Assembly (NCBI GenBank): GCA_043228905.1
Contig: JBHGNT010000003.1
Coordinates: forward strand, 62,001-126,000
Length of the DNA stretch: 64,000 bases
Origin: Azolla caroliniana
Taxonomy: Eukaryota > Plantae > Polypodiophyta
Direction: 5' to 3'
The notes beneath the pieces are model-generated. The model saw nothing but the letters and a program-made list of their open reading frames with translations, was not told the DNA's origin and searched no databases. A program made the position numbers and the translations under genes. This document shows positions 36,501-49,948 of this stretch, piece by piece (positions within the stretch are counted from its first letter, which is position 1; every line of letters begins with the position of its first letter).

Positions 36501-37248
36501 GACGACCTCCCTTGAGAAGAGGTCACTCCTCCTTTCCCTCATGAATCTCTCACTCTCCCTCTATGTGTGTGTGTCCCTCTCTTTGAAGAGAAGAAGCCTC
36601 TCACTCTCCCTCTCCATCACTAATCTCTATCTCTCCCTCTCCATCACTAATCTCTATCTCTCCCTCTCTACGTCTGCATGTATGTGCGTGCAGGCTGCAT
36701 GATATAAGATGGTTCTCTGCATTTTCTCGCTTGTAGATCCGCTATGATCACCCACATCACAAGGAAACTCTAATTTCTACTTGAAATCTTTATTTATGCT
36801 TGTAGCGCACTTCATCAAGCCCCCAGATTCTCTGCATAAAATCCAATCCTTATTAAAACCCACCTCAACAAACCATAATCTTTGCCAAAACCCACAATAT
36901 GAAACAATACATTTCATCACCCATTTCCTATGAGGGCCCCTCTATGACAGCCCTAAAATCGTCTCCTAAAAGTCTGTTTGTGCGATGCAAATAGAGGTGG
37001 CCACCCAGGCAAGGTTGCAAATGAGAAGGCTCCGGGTATTAGGCCTCAAAAGACGATTTGCTAGTATATCTTGCTTTTCCTAGTCATCAAGACATCGGCA
37101 AGAGAAATGCGTGCACTTCCGCTTAGCCTAATACATAGACACAAATCCAGTATTTTGTGGTCTACAAAGGAAGAGGCCGGTTCTCATGGATTGATGGGAA
37201 CGAGCTCCAAAGCGATGGACATGGAGGAAGGAGATTGTTACGCCATAG

Positions 37249-37700
37249 AGAGGGACATTGTCTTCCATCCCCTGCTCGACGCACCCATTCCACCTCTCCC
37301 TCCTCAGACGAAGACAACCACTCGTAGTTGCTGCAGACATCATTCCATAGATTCTTTGTAGGTGGTGGGAAAGACATTAAAGCGGTATTATCTGGCTTCG
37401 ACAAGGGCCTGCTCGCAACATCGTCCAACATGCAACCAAGAGGAGTACGGCACGCGTGGCCAAGAGTACGGACAAGAGAGGGATATTGTCTTCCATCCCC
37501 TGCTCGACGCACCCATTCCACCTCTCCCTCCTCAGACGAAGACAACCACTCGTAGTTGCTGCAGACATCATTCCATAGATTCTTTGTAGGTGGTGGGAAA
37601 GACACTAAAGCAGTATTATCTGGCTTCGACACGGGCCTACTCGCAACATCGTCCAACATGCAGCCAAGAGGAGTACGGCACACGTGGCCGAGAGTACGAC
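37249..37700 (+). repeat. 228-bp tandem duplication inside the non-coding LTR element
   Basis: AGAGGGACATTGTCTTCC at 37249 recurs at 37477; ORF-track peptides repeat at a 228-nt offset. Confidence 0.9.
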
Positions 37701-37903
37701 CGAGAGACGCACGACCAGGTTATGGCCGAGAAACGATGCCCAAGAGTACGGCCGAGTGGCAGCCGAGAGCCGAGAGCCGGCCGAGAGACAGGAAAACAAA
37801 GGTTGGTCGAGAGAAGCGACTAGACAGAGAGATGGCCGCCGGACAGCACGACCAGTGGACAACAACGACCAACGAGCGCGGCCAACTGACTGCCAGCTAC
37901 GAC

Positions 37904-40513
37904 TATTACCGATTAGGAGCACGGTCTACAGTAAGTCCGTCGACCTAGACCTCAAGGTGACTATGTGACCATGAATACTAGCATCTGTGCGTAATACTTA
38001 GTGGGATACCTCCCGTAACCTAGCAACGTATAAGGGAGACGGCTACAACCGAGCTCCCTAGACAACGGGCTAGCACACACACTGTTACTCACGCCTCGCT
38101 CTTACGACTGTGCTACGCCACCAAGGATTACAAACACACAGTAGATTAACCACAGATACGCACAGATATCAGAGAAGATAGAACTCTATTAAGATACGCC
38201 TTTTACATTCAAAATTACACGCTACCTTTATCAGAGGTTTTCTGCCCTTTATATACGCAAGGTCTTTTAGCCGTTTACATGCGTTACAATATTACTCTAT
38301 TCCATATTACTGCATTCTTGTCCATCGGTTACTATTCTGGCGGACAACACCTGACAAGCCTGTGCGACAGTGCCATGCCACGTCAAACCCACCCCTTTAA
38401 TCTTCCTCCAAAATGGCCCTGATTTCTGGTTCTGCTACGGTGTTCGTGTCCGGGGACGGCATAGGGCCCGTAGGCGCATCGTTGTGTGGTTCCCCTGCTT
38501 GGTCGGGAGGGCTTCCCATCGTGTCGCTGGTGTCCTATGTGGGCGGTCTGGGTTCTGTTGGCTCTTCTTGGGCTATTGGGGTTGGTTCAGCCGTCCACGG
38601 GCTTGCGGTAGGTCACGACTCTGTTTCGTCCGTCACTTCCTCCGTGATGTCGGTTGTCGTTGTACGCTCTGGAGAGTCGGGTAGCAGTTCCTCTTGGTCC
38701 GAAACGTCCTCCATGATGTCGACCGTAAGCATATGCTCCGGTGGGTGGGGTTCCTCTTGGTCCGTGGTTTCGCTATCTAATATTGCGGGGGACTCCGCTC
38801 GCCATTCCGTGATGTTCACCGTAGTGGTAATTTTTGGTGACATGGCTTGAGGTTCCTCTTGTTCCACAGTATCTGGAATTGGTATCGCGATGGATTCCTC
38901 GTTTGTTCGCGTGCTGCTGGCTTGCGTGATCTGGTGAAACAGGTCCTCCTGACTTTCGCCAAAATCATCTAGTAGTTGCGCTAGTTCCTCGGAATGTTGG
39001 TCCTTTAACGTGCAATAGTCCTGGGCTAGGTCCTCCCGTACTGCCGCAATGCTTTCCTCATTGAGTTTGTAGAACCCTCAGCCGTCTTTCTTTTGATTCT
39101 CCCAGTCCGCTCGATACGTATGCAATTCTACTGCTTGTGCAGCCCATGCCATCCATCCTTTGTCTAGCGCCGATTTTAATTGCGTCGTAAACCTCTCCCG
39201 ATTCGTTTGCAGAAGGATGCGCACATTGTCTGTTATGGCTTGGCAATGGTTGCGTGCTTCTTCTACAGATTTCTTGAGGTTTGCACTTTCTTGTTGACTA
39301 ACTGTCGTCGCTTCCTCATAAGTGCTCCTCATTCCTGCCCAAAGCTGGGATTCCTTCGCATGTAGTTCTTCCAGTCTTCCCATTTCATTGTTCAGGCGGA
39401 CTTCGAGCTGATGTCGTCTCTCCTGTTCTCCCACCAGCTGCTTGTCGAACCATGCTTTCTTTTTCTCTAATAAGGCCTAGAGTCCCGTGATTGCCGCTTC
39501 CGATTTTTTCGCGACGGTCAATCTCTGATTCCGCCAGTTTTGCTTCTCTTCCCTCACGGCTTCGACGACGTTGTTTGGTGGTGGAGCTGCTTGTTGCGCC
39601 ATAGTCGCGTTATTTTCCAACTTCACAATGCGCTATTTGGCTTTTTGCAGCTCAGCTTGGGTCAGTTTAACCTTTTTCCAGACATTTTTATTTTTAATGG
39701 CCATCTCCTTGCTGCCCATGTTGACCTTTGCCAGTTCCCTATGAACTTCGACAAGCGCCGCGTTTAATGGGGGTAGTTCCATCCCCATTCGGCGTATATC
39801 GACGTTCCTCTACCCTGCCGACTCTGGCTAACTGATCCTCATCGTCGCTTTCCTCCGTTTGTGTTAACGCGCACTCGATCATTTGCCACTCGGCGTGCTC
39901 CTCGTCCATTCACTCTGAGATTTTTATCTATTGCGTTACCAAGAATCCCATGAGTTCAAAAGTGGTTCCGAACTGTAATAGTGCGCCGAACTCATGGGTT
40001 TTGTCCGGAATGTTCGGATACACCATGAGCTCTCTTTCCGCCGTCAATATGGCTTTCCCCCATTGTGACTGGGCCGTAATGATCGGTCGTGGTTCCCGGA
40101 TTACTTCGAAGGTGGTGTTGGGCTCCGTAGTTGCGGAGATGTTGCCCATGGTCGTTGTCTCCGTGGTTGCGAGTGCGTCTTTAACTAACCCGCGCCCATC
40201 TTTCCTGTCCAGTCTCCGCTGTTTCGGCCTCGGGCTTTCCTGTCGTGGTTCGGCTTCCGGTTCCTATGCCGCTTCCTCGGTACGCTCAGCCTGCTCTTCC
40301 TGCGTTGTTCGCGTGTTCGGCTGGGCGGGTTGGAGTTCATCCTCCCACTCTGTGGTAGCTAACTCCGCGAACCTTCGCTTCGCGGATCGAGGCGGTGGCG
40401 TGGGTTTGCTAGGTTGTGGTGCCGATAGACATCGGGGTAGGAATAGTATCGTCAGGTACTGTTGTATGATAGGCCTCAGTTTTTTGCCTCCTTGATACGC
40501 GTGCATGCCTTCT
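37904..40513 (-). mobile_element. Second copy of the extra-ORF Gypsy (3' LTR 37904-38349 plus most of the extra ORF)
   Basis: Reverse-complement homology to ~17020-19801; degenerate motif at 38352-38368; peptides GEQERRHQLEVRLNNEMG and GGKKLRPIIQQYL. Confidence 0.92.
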
Positions 40514-40793
40514 TGAAAGGACTACACGCTCCGCAAACAACGCTAGGCCACAACCGAGTCTAGGATCAAACACAGAAAAACGGATAATGTACGCATGACC
40601 TAGTAAATAGAAGACTACATAGGATGTTTACGTGGAAAACCCAAACACAGGAAAAACCACGGCAGTCCACAGACTGCAAACTATCACTATGTTACAATAT
40701 ACAATAGATGAACACAGAGGCAACGACCTCTTGTTCACTGTCTTCGCCACAGGCGGCGGTTACAACAGAGACAACATCCTCTTCGTCTCTCAC

Positions 40794-40835
<42 letters not shown>

Positions 40836-43390
40836 TACACGGTTGCACTCAAATCTTGCACCAACAAGAATGGCAACTACTCTACACTAAGTTTGCCCTA
40901 AGTCATATTTATACTAATATGACTTTTCGCCTATTTACAAATATAGCCCCAATGGACTCTCAGAAGCATATTTACGAATATGTACCTGCATCATCCGGCT
41001 CTTGTCGGGCACTCGTCATCTGGTTCTCACCGGGCCTTCACCATCCGGCTCTTGCCAGGCACTCGTCATCCGGTTCTCACAGGGCCTTCCTTGTCGGATA
41101 CTTCACATCCGGATTCGGCCTCGGCCGAGTTGCTCATCAACTTTGTTCTTCTCACTTCCCATCCGGAGGGACCTATTTCCTAACAAACAAGCATGGGATG
41201 TCGTACTAGTCCGATCCGCTTCCGACATGCATCCAGCTTGTCGGGTATCAGTACTTTGGTCAGCATATCTAACCCGTTCTCGGCCGTGTGGATCTTCATC
41301 AGCGCGAACTCTCGATCTTCTACTCGCTCCCGGATCCAATGATACCTACGCTGGATGTGCTTCGTCCTGGAATGGTATGCTGCATTCTTAGCAAGGCGTA
41401 TTTCTCATGTGACAACCACAATTGCTTCTTTGACCGGTCCCGGATGATGTGCATCCCCAGTATCTGTCTTGCCGAGCCCAAGTCTTTCATTGCGAAGGTT
41501 CGATTGAGAGCCTTCTTCAGCATCCGTATTCTGGCTTGGCCCCGTCCGATGATCAACATGTCGTCCACGTATAGAAGGAGTATCAAGAAGTCGCCTCCTT
41601 CGAACTTCTTCACAAACACGCAGTGATCGGCCTACGTCTTGAGGTACCCTTGATCAGTCATGAAGGAGTCAAACTTCCAGTACCATTGTCGGGGAGCCTA
41701 CTTCAGTCCGTGCAGGCTCTTCTTCAACCGGCAAACCAAGTGCTCCTTCCCTTTCTCCACGAATCCTTCCGGTTGCTGCATGTAGATCTCCTCTTCGAGG
41801 TCACCGTGAGGGAATGTCGTCTTCACGTCCAGTTGCTCTACCTCGAGGTCCATGCTTGCCGCTATACTCAGCACCGTCCGGATGGAGGTCATCTTTATTA
41901 CCGGGGCAAATATCTCATCGAAGTCCACACCCTTCTTCTGCTGAAATTCCTTCACCACGATCCTGGCTTTGTATCTCGGGGGGTTGCCGGCATCTCCCGG
42001 TTTCAACTTGTACACCCACTTGTTTCGGAGTGCCCGCTTTCATTTCGGCAACTCCACCAATTTGTACGTATGGTTCTCATGCAGGGAATCCATCTCATCC
42101 TGCATGGCACTTAACCATTTGCGGCTGTGGATGTCATCCTTCACATCTTCGAAGCTTTCCAGCTCCGCCTAATCGGTCAGCAGCACATGCTCTACATCCG
42201 GAAATCTCCGGGGGGGCCTTCTCTCTCTGAGAGGATATCTCCGTCTTTAGCCTTCGTCAACCGGCTCCACTATTTGTTCTTCATCCGAATCCGATTCGGG
42301 GTCTTGGCCGATTCCGATTTTAGCTTCCTCTACTTCTTCTGCCGGTTCGGTATCCTCACGTAACCGGCTGGTTCCTCAAGTGTCAACCGGCTCTTAGCCG
42401 GGTGGGTCCGAATCTCATCGGAGTTCATTATCTTCTTCTCCGACTCCCAGTCGGCAAGAGTCTTGTCCTCCATGAAGATAATATCTCGGCTCTGGAAAGC
42501 CTTCTTGTCAACCGAATCCCACACTCGGTAGCCGAAATCGTCATCACCGTATCCAAGGAATATGCATGGCCGGGTCTTTGGATCCAACTTTCCTCTCCGA
42601 TCCTTAGCAACATGCACGTACACGAGATACCCGAACACCTTCATATGCCGGTAGGAAACTTCTTTACCGGTCCACACCTTCTGCGGTGTGTCTCCATCCA
42701 AGGGCACTGAGGGTGATATGTTTATCACATACGTCGCTGTCGACAGCGCCTCAGCCCAAAACGTCTTGGGTAATTTTGCATGCGCCAGCATACTCCGGAC
42801 CCTCTCCATTATGGTCCGGTTCATCCTCTCAGCCAACCCGTTTAGTTCTGGGGTCTTCGGCACGGTAAATTCGAGCCGGATTTCCTTCGAGTGATAGTAC
42901 TCCTCGAACTGCCCCCGGTATTCACCTCCGTTATCTGCTCGAACCACCTTCAGCTTCCGGCCGGTTTCTCTTTCCACTCTCGCATGGAGCTCTTTGAAGA
43001 CGGATAACACCTGATCCTTTGTCTTCAATGATGTGGCCCACAACTTCCGGCTGTGGTCATCTATGAACGTCACGAAGTACTGTGATCCGGCATGTGACCT
43101 TGTGTCCACTTGACATACATCAGTATGCACCAACTCTAGTGGTGCATTACGTCTCATCGGTAGCATTGATCGGAAGGAGGTCCCGTTTTGTTTACCGGCC
43201 AGACAATCAGTGCACTTCTCCAAGTGCATGTTCTTCACTGGAATGAGATTCTCGTCTGCAAGCCTCTTCATCCCCTTCTCGCTCATGTGACACAGCCTCT
43301 TCTGCCACAGCTCAGCGGCAGTGTCGGATGCCACGTTCACTTCTTCCGGGCATAACCGGGCATTCATCAGGTACAGCGTGTTGACCTTCC
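40514..43390 (-). mobile_element. Copia-A, truncated older relative of Copia-C/D
   Basis: 3' LTR ~40514-41185; INT 42330-43390 (LVHTDVC, FVTFIDDHSRK, RADNGGEY); RT pieces 41320-42015; several deletions. Confidence 0.9.
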
Positions 43391-45869
43391 TGATGCTAGG
43401 CTTCACCCCCCACCCCAACAACAATCCACGATGTGCTTCTACACGTAGCCTTTCGCCACTAAGCGGGCCTTGTATCGATTGACTGAATCGTCGGTATTGT
43501 ATTTCACTTTATAAACCCACTGACATCCGATCGTCTTTACACCCTTTGGTGCGTCAATTAGGTCCCAAGTCTCATTATCAGTCAAAGCGCGCATTCTTCC
43601 TCCATCACGGCACACCAATTCGCGTCTTCCGCCGCTTTTGCATAGCTCTCCGGCTCACACACTTCCGCCACTCGCATAATGTACGTGTAATGGTGTGCCA
43701 TGTACTCATTATACCCGTATCTCTTTACGGGGTTCTTGAGGCAGGTAGATCGGCGTAATTCGTGATTACCCGAGTTCATGACCTTTTTGGCTATTGTCTA
43801 TCTCTTGCGTGGAGGTTCCTTTTCAGTTTGCCCGTAGTCTGACTCGCTCCGATCTGACTCGGCACTGCCGAAGTCGTATTCCGGCATTTTCTTCTTGCCC
43901 ATCTCCTTGCACATAAACCGTCTCCTCTTTACACGGGGACATCACGGCTGAGTCTCCACTACGCGTCGTCTCTTCAGTAGGTTAGCCACTTCGGCCCTCA
44001 TTCGGCCCACTTAGCCGAAATGAGATCGGACTCTCTCTCAGAGCTCCGATTTCCTCATCATGCAGAGGCATTTCAGCTTTGCTGACTTCTTCCTCAGAAT
44101 TCGGAATGGAGTCTTGAGGTACTGGAGGTGAAGGCAAGTACCACGAAGCGGACTCGTCGAACACGACGTCGTGGCTTACGCGTACTTCCTTTGTTCGAGG
44201 GTTATAACATTTATACCCTTTCTGCTCCTCTGAATAGCCAACCAAGATACATTTCTCAGCTCTAGCATCCAGTTTCCTCCTTTTCTCCTTCGGCACATGC
44301 ACATACGCGATGCTGCCGAAAATCCTCAAAGTGTGCTAAGTTCGGCTTCTTCCTGAAATACAACTCATGTAGCGACACTCCTCCATTAGCAGAAGTCTGA
44401 TTCTGCAGGTAGACAGCCGTCTTTACGGTTTCAGCTGAATAGAATTTTGGCATATGCTTCTCTTCAAGCATTACCCTCGCCGCTTCTTCGATTGTCCAAT
44501 TCTTTCGCTCGGCCACGCCGTTCTGCTGCGGCGTGTATCTACATGAGAATTCGCGTCGAATTCCCTCCTTCTGTAGATAACTTGTGAACTGGTCGGAGAA
44601 GTATTCCTTCCCGCCGTCGAACCGTAGGCATTTGATCTTACGCCTTGTTTCCCTTTCCGCAAGGCTCTTCACCTTCAGGAAACATGCAAAAACTTCGCTC
44701 TTCTTCGCAATTGTGCATACCCAGGTATGCCGAGTGAAGTCATCGATGAAGGTTACGAAGTAACGACTTCCACCGAGACTCATGTTCTGTGTCGGTCCCC
44801 AGACATCCGAATGGATCAAATCGAGCGGAGTACGACTACGATTACGCTCATTTGGGAATGGAAGTCAGTGTTGTTTTCCCATTTGCCAGGCTTCGCAGAC
44901 TTGGCCATTACGTCCCCGAAATTTCGGCAAGCCGAAAACAATGTTCTTCATCTACATCTCACGAAGCCGTGGGAAATTTACATGGCCGAACCGTTTGTGC
45001 CACAAGTCAATATCCGATTCAACCTTCTGTCCTTTTGCATACAACACGGTTCCGGCTTGATTAGTGTCGACGATAAACATCCTCCCTTCACGGTGCCCTT
45101 ACGCGATTACTTTGCGTTCCTCTTCTATGAAGCAGCCGAGATGCGTAAATCGAACCTGCATTCCCTGGTCGACGATCTAACCGACTGACACCAAGTTCTT
45201 CGTTATTGTCGGGACGTGCAATATGTTCATGAGTTGTTGTACAACGGTGCTCGGCCACAACCGTGGAATAGGATTAACTCACAAAAAACAGGAAATACAA
45301 AAATGCACGAAGACAATAGAGAGAAGGGTACACTGGATATTTTACGTGGAAAACCCTAAATGGGAAAAACCACGGGAGTCCTCAAACTCCAACTAGCACT
45401 ACAAACAGAGATGTACAATGGTGAAGGTACAAGGCAACAACCTTGACCTCACTATCTTCGCCACAGGCGGCGGTAATACACAGAGGCAGCGACCTCTTCG
45501 TCTCTCTCTCTCTCTCTCTCTCTCGGCTGCTCTCTTCAATTGCCTCTAAATGAAAACAGAAAAATATGAGCAACAACATAAAACTGTTTGCCCTAAGTCA
45601 TATCTATACACATATGACTTTCGGGCTATTTACAAATATAGCCTCAAGGGCCCTTGGCAAACATATTCACAAATATGTCCCCGCATCCGGATCTCTCTCC
45701 GGGTACATTCGTCATCCGGCTCCGTAGCCGGGGTCTTCATCATCCGGCTCCGTAACCGGGGTCTTCATCATCCGGCTCCGTAGCCGGGGTCTTCATCATT
45801 CGGGTCTTCATTCCTGATTCCCGGACAGCCGACCATCCCATCCGGAGGGACTGTAATCCCAACAAACTC

Positions 45870-48010
45870 CCCCTTCACTTCGGCATGGGATGTCTTTCCA
45901 GTCCGACCCTCTTCCGGCACGCTTCCAGCTTGTCGGGTGTGAGCACTTTGGTCAGCATATCTGACCCGTTCTCGTCCGTGTGGATCTTCATCAGCACGAA
46001 CTCCTGGTCTTCTATCCTTTCCCGGATCCAGTGATATCTTCGCTGGATGTGCTTCGTCCGGGAGTGATAGGCTGCGTTCTTCGCAAGGTGGATGGCACTC
46101 TAACTGTCGCAATAGAGTCGGTACTCCTCCTGCCGGATACCGAGCTCTCTAATGAAGTCCTTCATCCATATCATTTCCTTGCCGGCTTCAACAGCCGCCA
46201 TGTACTCCGCCTCCGTGGATGACAATGCAACCGTCTTCTGCAGCCTCCACTGCCACGAGACAGCTCCCCCTGCATACGTCATCATATACCCTGATGTGGA
46301 CCGGCTGGTATCTGCATCAGCCGACATATCCGAATCGGTAAAGCCGTCGAGTTCGGGCTCACCGGAACCGAATCGGAGGCACACGTTTGCCGTGCCCTTC
46401 AGGTATCGGAGTATCCACTTGGCCGCGTTCCAGTGCTCTTTGCCGGGATTGCTCATGTACCGGCTCACCACTCCGACTGTATATCCTATGTCCGGTCTTG
46501 TACACACCATTGCGTACATCAAGCTTCCGACGGCAGAGGCATATGGTACTTTCATCATGTCCTCCTTCTCACCCTTTGTCTTGGGCCTTTGCTTGCTGGA
46601 CAACTTGCAGTTTACCGGGAGGGTTGACCGGACCGATCTTGCTTCCGACATGTTGAACCGGTGAAGCATCTTTGTCACGTACTTCTCCTGTGACAGCCAC
46701 CACTGCTTCTTCTTCCGTTCCCGGATGATGTGCATCCCTAGTATTTGCCTCGCCGGCCCCAGGTCCTTAATTGAGAAGGTTCGGTGAAGCGCTTTCTTCA
46801 GCGTCCGTATCTTGACCTGGTCCCGTCCAACGATCAACATGTCGTCGACGTATAGGAGGAGTATTAGAAAGTCTCCTCCTTCGAACTTCTTCACAAACAC
46901 CCAGTGATCGGACTGCGTTTTGTGGTACCCTTCGTCGGTCATGAAGGAGTCTAACTTCCGGTACCATTGCCGGGGAGCCTGCTTCAGTCCGTAAAGGCTC
47001 TTCTTCAACCGGCATACCAGGTGCTCCTTCCCTTTCTTCTCGAATCCTTCCGGTTGCTGCATGTAGATCTCTTCTTCGAGGTCACCGTGAAGGAATGCCG
47101 TCTTCACGTCCATCTGTTCTACCTCGAGGTCCATGCTTGCTGCTATGCTCAGCACCGTCCGGATGGAGGTCATCTTCACTACCGGGGCAAATATCTCGTC
47201 GAAATCGACGCCCTTCTTCTGCTGGAACCCCTTCACCACGATCCTGGCTTTGTATCTCGTGGGTTTTCCGGCATCTCCCGGTTTCAGCTTGAGCACCCAC
47301 TTGTTCCGAAGTGCCCGCTTTCCTTTCTGCAACTCCACAAGTTCATATGTGTGGTTCTCATGCAGGGAATCCATCTCCTCCTGCATGGCACTTAACCACC
47401 TGCGGCTATGGGTGTCAAGCTTTGCTTCTTCAAAACTCTCCGGCTCCCCCTCGTCGGTTAGCAGCACGTGCTCTGGTTCCGGAAATCTCCGGGGGGCCCT
47501 TCTCTCTCTTAGAGGATATCTCCGTTCCGAAGCTTCGGTAACCGGCCCTTCTGTTTCCTCTTCATCCGAATCCATTTCGGGATCGGGGCCGGTTCCGGTA
47601 TCAGTTTCATCTTCCTCGGCCGGTTCTGTTTCTTCACCGTCTTCGGCCGGATCCTCGAGTGCTAACCGGTCCCTTGCCGGTCGGGACTGCTCTTCGTAGA
47701 GTTGATTCTCACCGGTCGACTTGGAGCTCTTCATCTTCTTCTCCGACTCCCAGTCGGCGAGTGTCTTGTCCTCCATGAAGATGATATCTCGACTCCTGAA
47801 TATCTTCTTGTCGACCGGGTCCCATACTCGGTACCCGAACTCATCGTCGCCGTAACCGAGGAATATGCATGGCCGGGTCTTTGGATCTAGCTTTCCTCTC
47901 CGGTCCTTTGCCACATGCACATATGCGAGACACCCTAACACCTTCAGATGCCGGTAGGATACTTCCCTACCGGTCCACACTCTCTGCGGCGTGTCTCCGT
48001 CCAAAGGTAC
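45870..48010 (-). pseudogene. pol: Copia-C integrase C-terminus, RT and RNase H, in frame after the TGA; TAG in RNase H at 46100-46102
   Basis: QMDVKTAFLHG, SLYGLKQAPRQWY, LLYVDDML, GFTDSDMSA, CDS*SAIHLAKN. Confidence 0.9.
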
Positions 48011-49948
48011 TCAGGGTGATCTGTTTATCACGTATGTCGCCATCGACATTGCCTCAGCCCAAAACCCCTTGTGTAATTTCGCATGCGCCAGCATACTCCG
48101 GACCCTCTCCATTATGGTCCGGTTCATCCTCTCGGCCAGCCCGTTCAGTTCCGGCGTCTTCGGCACAATAAACTCAAGCCGGATTCCCTTCAAGCGACAG
48201 TACTCCGCGAACTGCCCCCGGTATTCCCCTCCGTTATCCGCTCGCATCGCTTTCAGCTTCTTGCCGGATTCCCTTTCCACTCTCGCGTGGAGTTCTTTGA
48301 AGACGCACAACACTTGGTCCTTTGTCTTCAACGGTGCCGTCCACAGCTTCCGACTGTGGTCATCAATGAATGTCACGAAGTACTGGGCTCCGCCATGTGA
48401 CTTCCTTTCTACTTGACACACGTCAGTGTGCACCAACTCCAATGGTGCGCTACGTCTCGTCGGTGGCCTTGAGTGGAAGGAGGCTCGGTTCTGCTTACCG
48501 GCCAGGCAATCGGTGCACTTCTCCAGATGCACATGCTTCACTGGAATAAGGTTGTCTTCTGCAAGCCTCTTCATCCCCTTCTCGCTCATGTGGCACAGTC
48601 TCTTGTGCCACAGCTCGCCGGCAGTGTCAGCTGCCACGTTCAGCTCCTCCGGACATAGCCGGGAATTCATCAGGTACAGTGTGTTGACCTTCCGGGCCCG
48701 AGCCACTATCAGGCTCCCTTTGCTGAACTTCATGACACCGTTCCGGATGCTACCCGTGTAGCCTTCATCGTCTAGCCTTCCGGCCGAAATCAGGTTCAAT
48801 CGAACCTCCGGAACGTGTCGAACATCCTTCAGCAACATCTTGCATCCGATTGATGTCTTCAGCCACACGTCTCCTATGCCGGCAATCCGGCATGTACCTT
48901 CATTTCCCATCCGGACACAGCCGTGCTCACCGGCTGTGTAGGATGAGAAGTATTTCTTCTCCGGGGTCAGGTGGAACGACGCTCCGGAATCCACCACCCA
49001 GGTCATCTCTTCACCGGCAAGGTTCAACTCCCTCTCTTCGGTAATGAGCATTATCTCTTCTTCACTTGCCACGAGTGCCGTCGTTCCTTTCCGGTCCTGC
49101 CCTCGCCGATCCGGACCTCTCCGGTCCGTGGCTCCCCGGTATGCACCGTTTCGCTCCGGTGACTTCTTCGAATCGGTGTCGTCGGCTCCGTTGTCTTTTC
49201 GGTAATGCCGACAATTCTTCCGGAAGTGCCCCGGCTTCCCACAGTGGAAGCATGTGGGCCTTCCTCTTGACTGCGACCGGGTCCCCGACTTCTCCCGTCT
49301 TTGCGGACTCCGGTTCCGTTGTCTTCCCCGTTCCAATTCGGTAAGCAGTGCCTTCGAGTCGGAGGCCGGATCCTTATCTCTCCGACGCGCTTCTTCGTTC
49401 AAAATACTTGTCTTTACCGTTTGTAGGGACAAGTTATCTTCGGTGCAGGAGGTGCTGAGAGTCACCACCAAGTTCTCCCAGCTTTCCGGCAATGTACACA
49501 TCAGGATGATGGCTTGCATTGCATCCTCCAACGGGAACTTGATCGCCGCAAGCTGGTTCACGAATCCCATGAACGTGCTTACGTGTTCCACCATACTCTC
49601 GCCGTCCCGGTACTTGAGGTTCACTATCTTCCTCATCAGGGAGGTCCGGTTCAGCGCATTCTTCCTCTTGTAGAGGCCCGACAGCTTCCGCCACATCTCA
49701 TATGCGTTGGTGTCGTTCGCCACGTGTTGTAGAAAGCTCACGTCGACGTATTGCCGAATGGTTGCAACGGCTTTCCGGTTCAGAAGCCTCCATTCTGTCT
49801 CAAGTACCCCCTTGGGTATTTCCGACCTTTCGATCGGTTCATACAGGTCCCGAACAATGAGCAGATCCTCCATCTTTATCTTCCAGTCGGCGTAGTTCTG
49901 CGCATTCAGCACCATCATCCCCGGCTGCCCGCTGCTGCCGCCTTCCAT
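48011..49948 (-). CDS. gag-pol: Copia-C gag-protease-integrase ORF ending at a premature TGA
   Basis: MEGGSSGQPG..., CFHCGKPGHFRKNC, WVVDSGASFH, WHKRLCH, DDE core; in-frame stop after INRSP. Confidence 0.85.
   Translation of the reverse strand: MEGGSSGQPGMMVLNAQNYADWKIKMEDLLIVRDLYEPIERSEIPKGVLETEWRLLNRKAVATIRQYVDVSFLQHVANDTNAYEMWRKLSGLYKRKNALNRTSLMRKIVNLKYRDGESMVEHVSTFMGFVNQLAAIKFPLEDAMQAIILMCTLPESWENLVVTLSTSCTEDNLSLQTVKTSILNEEARRRDKDPASDSKALLTELERGRQRNRSPQRREKSGTRSQSRGRPTCFHCGKPGHFRKNCRHYRKDNGADDTDSKKSPERNGAYRGATDRRGPDRRGQDRKGTTALVASEEEIMLITEERELNLAGEEMTWVVDSGASFHLTPEKKYFSSYTAGEHGCVRMGNEGTCRIAGIGDVWLKTSIGCKMLLKDVRHVPEVRLNLISAGRLDDEGYTGSIRNGVMKFSKGSLIVARARKVNTLYLMNSRLCPEELNVAADTAGELWHKRLCHMSEKGMKRLAEDNLIPVKHVHLEKCTDCLAGKQNRASFHSRPPTRRSAPLELVHTDVCQVERKSHGGAQYFVTFIDDHSRKLWTAPLKTKDQVLCVFKELHARVERESGKKLKAMRADNGGEYRGQFAEYCRLKGIRLEFIVPKTPELNGLAERMNRTIMERVRSMLAHAKLHKGFWAEAMSMATYVINRSP

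Larger units (their letters stand above)
36130..43423 (+). mobile_element. Non-coding LTR element, copy 2 (5' LTR 36130-36481, 3' LTR remnant 43396-43423) with nested inserts
   Basis: TGTTACCC...CCCCAACAACA; PBS TGGCACGCCC 36486-36495; TSD GTCCA/ATCCA; removal restores Copia-B RT RLVAKGY..KHIVD|YDETFAPVAK. Confidence 0.88.

Noticed and set aside
45708-45830. CRISPR-like regularly spaced palindromic repeats
   Set aside because: No unique spacers, no cas genes, eukaryotic context; these are U3 tandem repeats of Copia LTRs.
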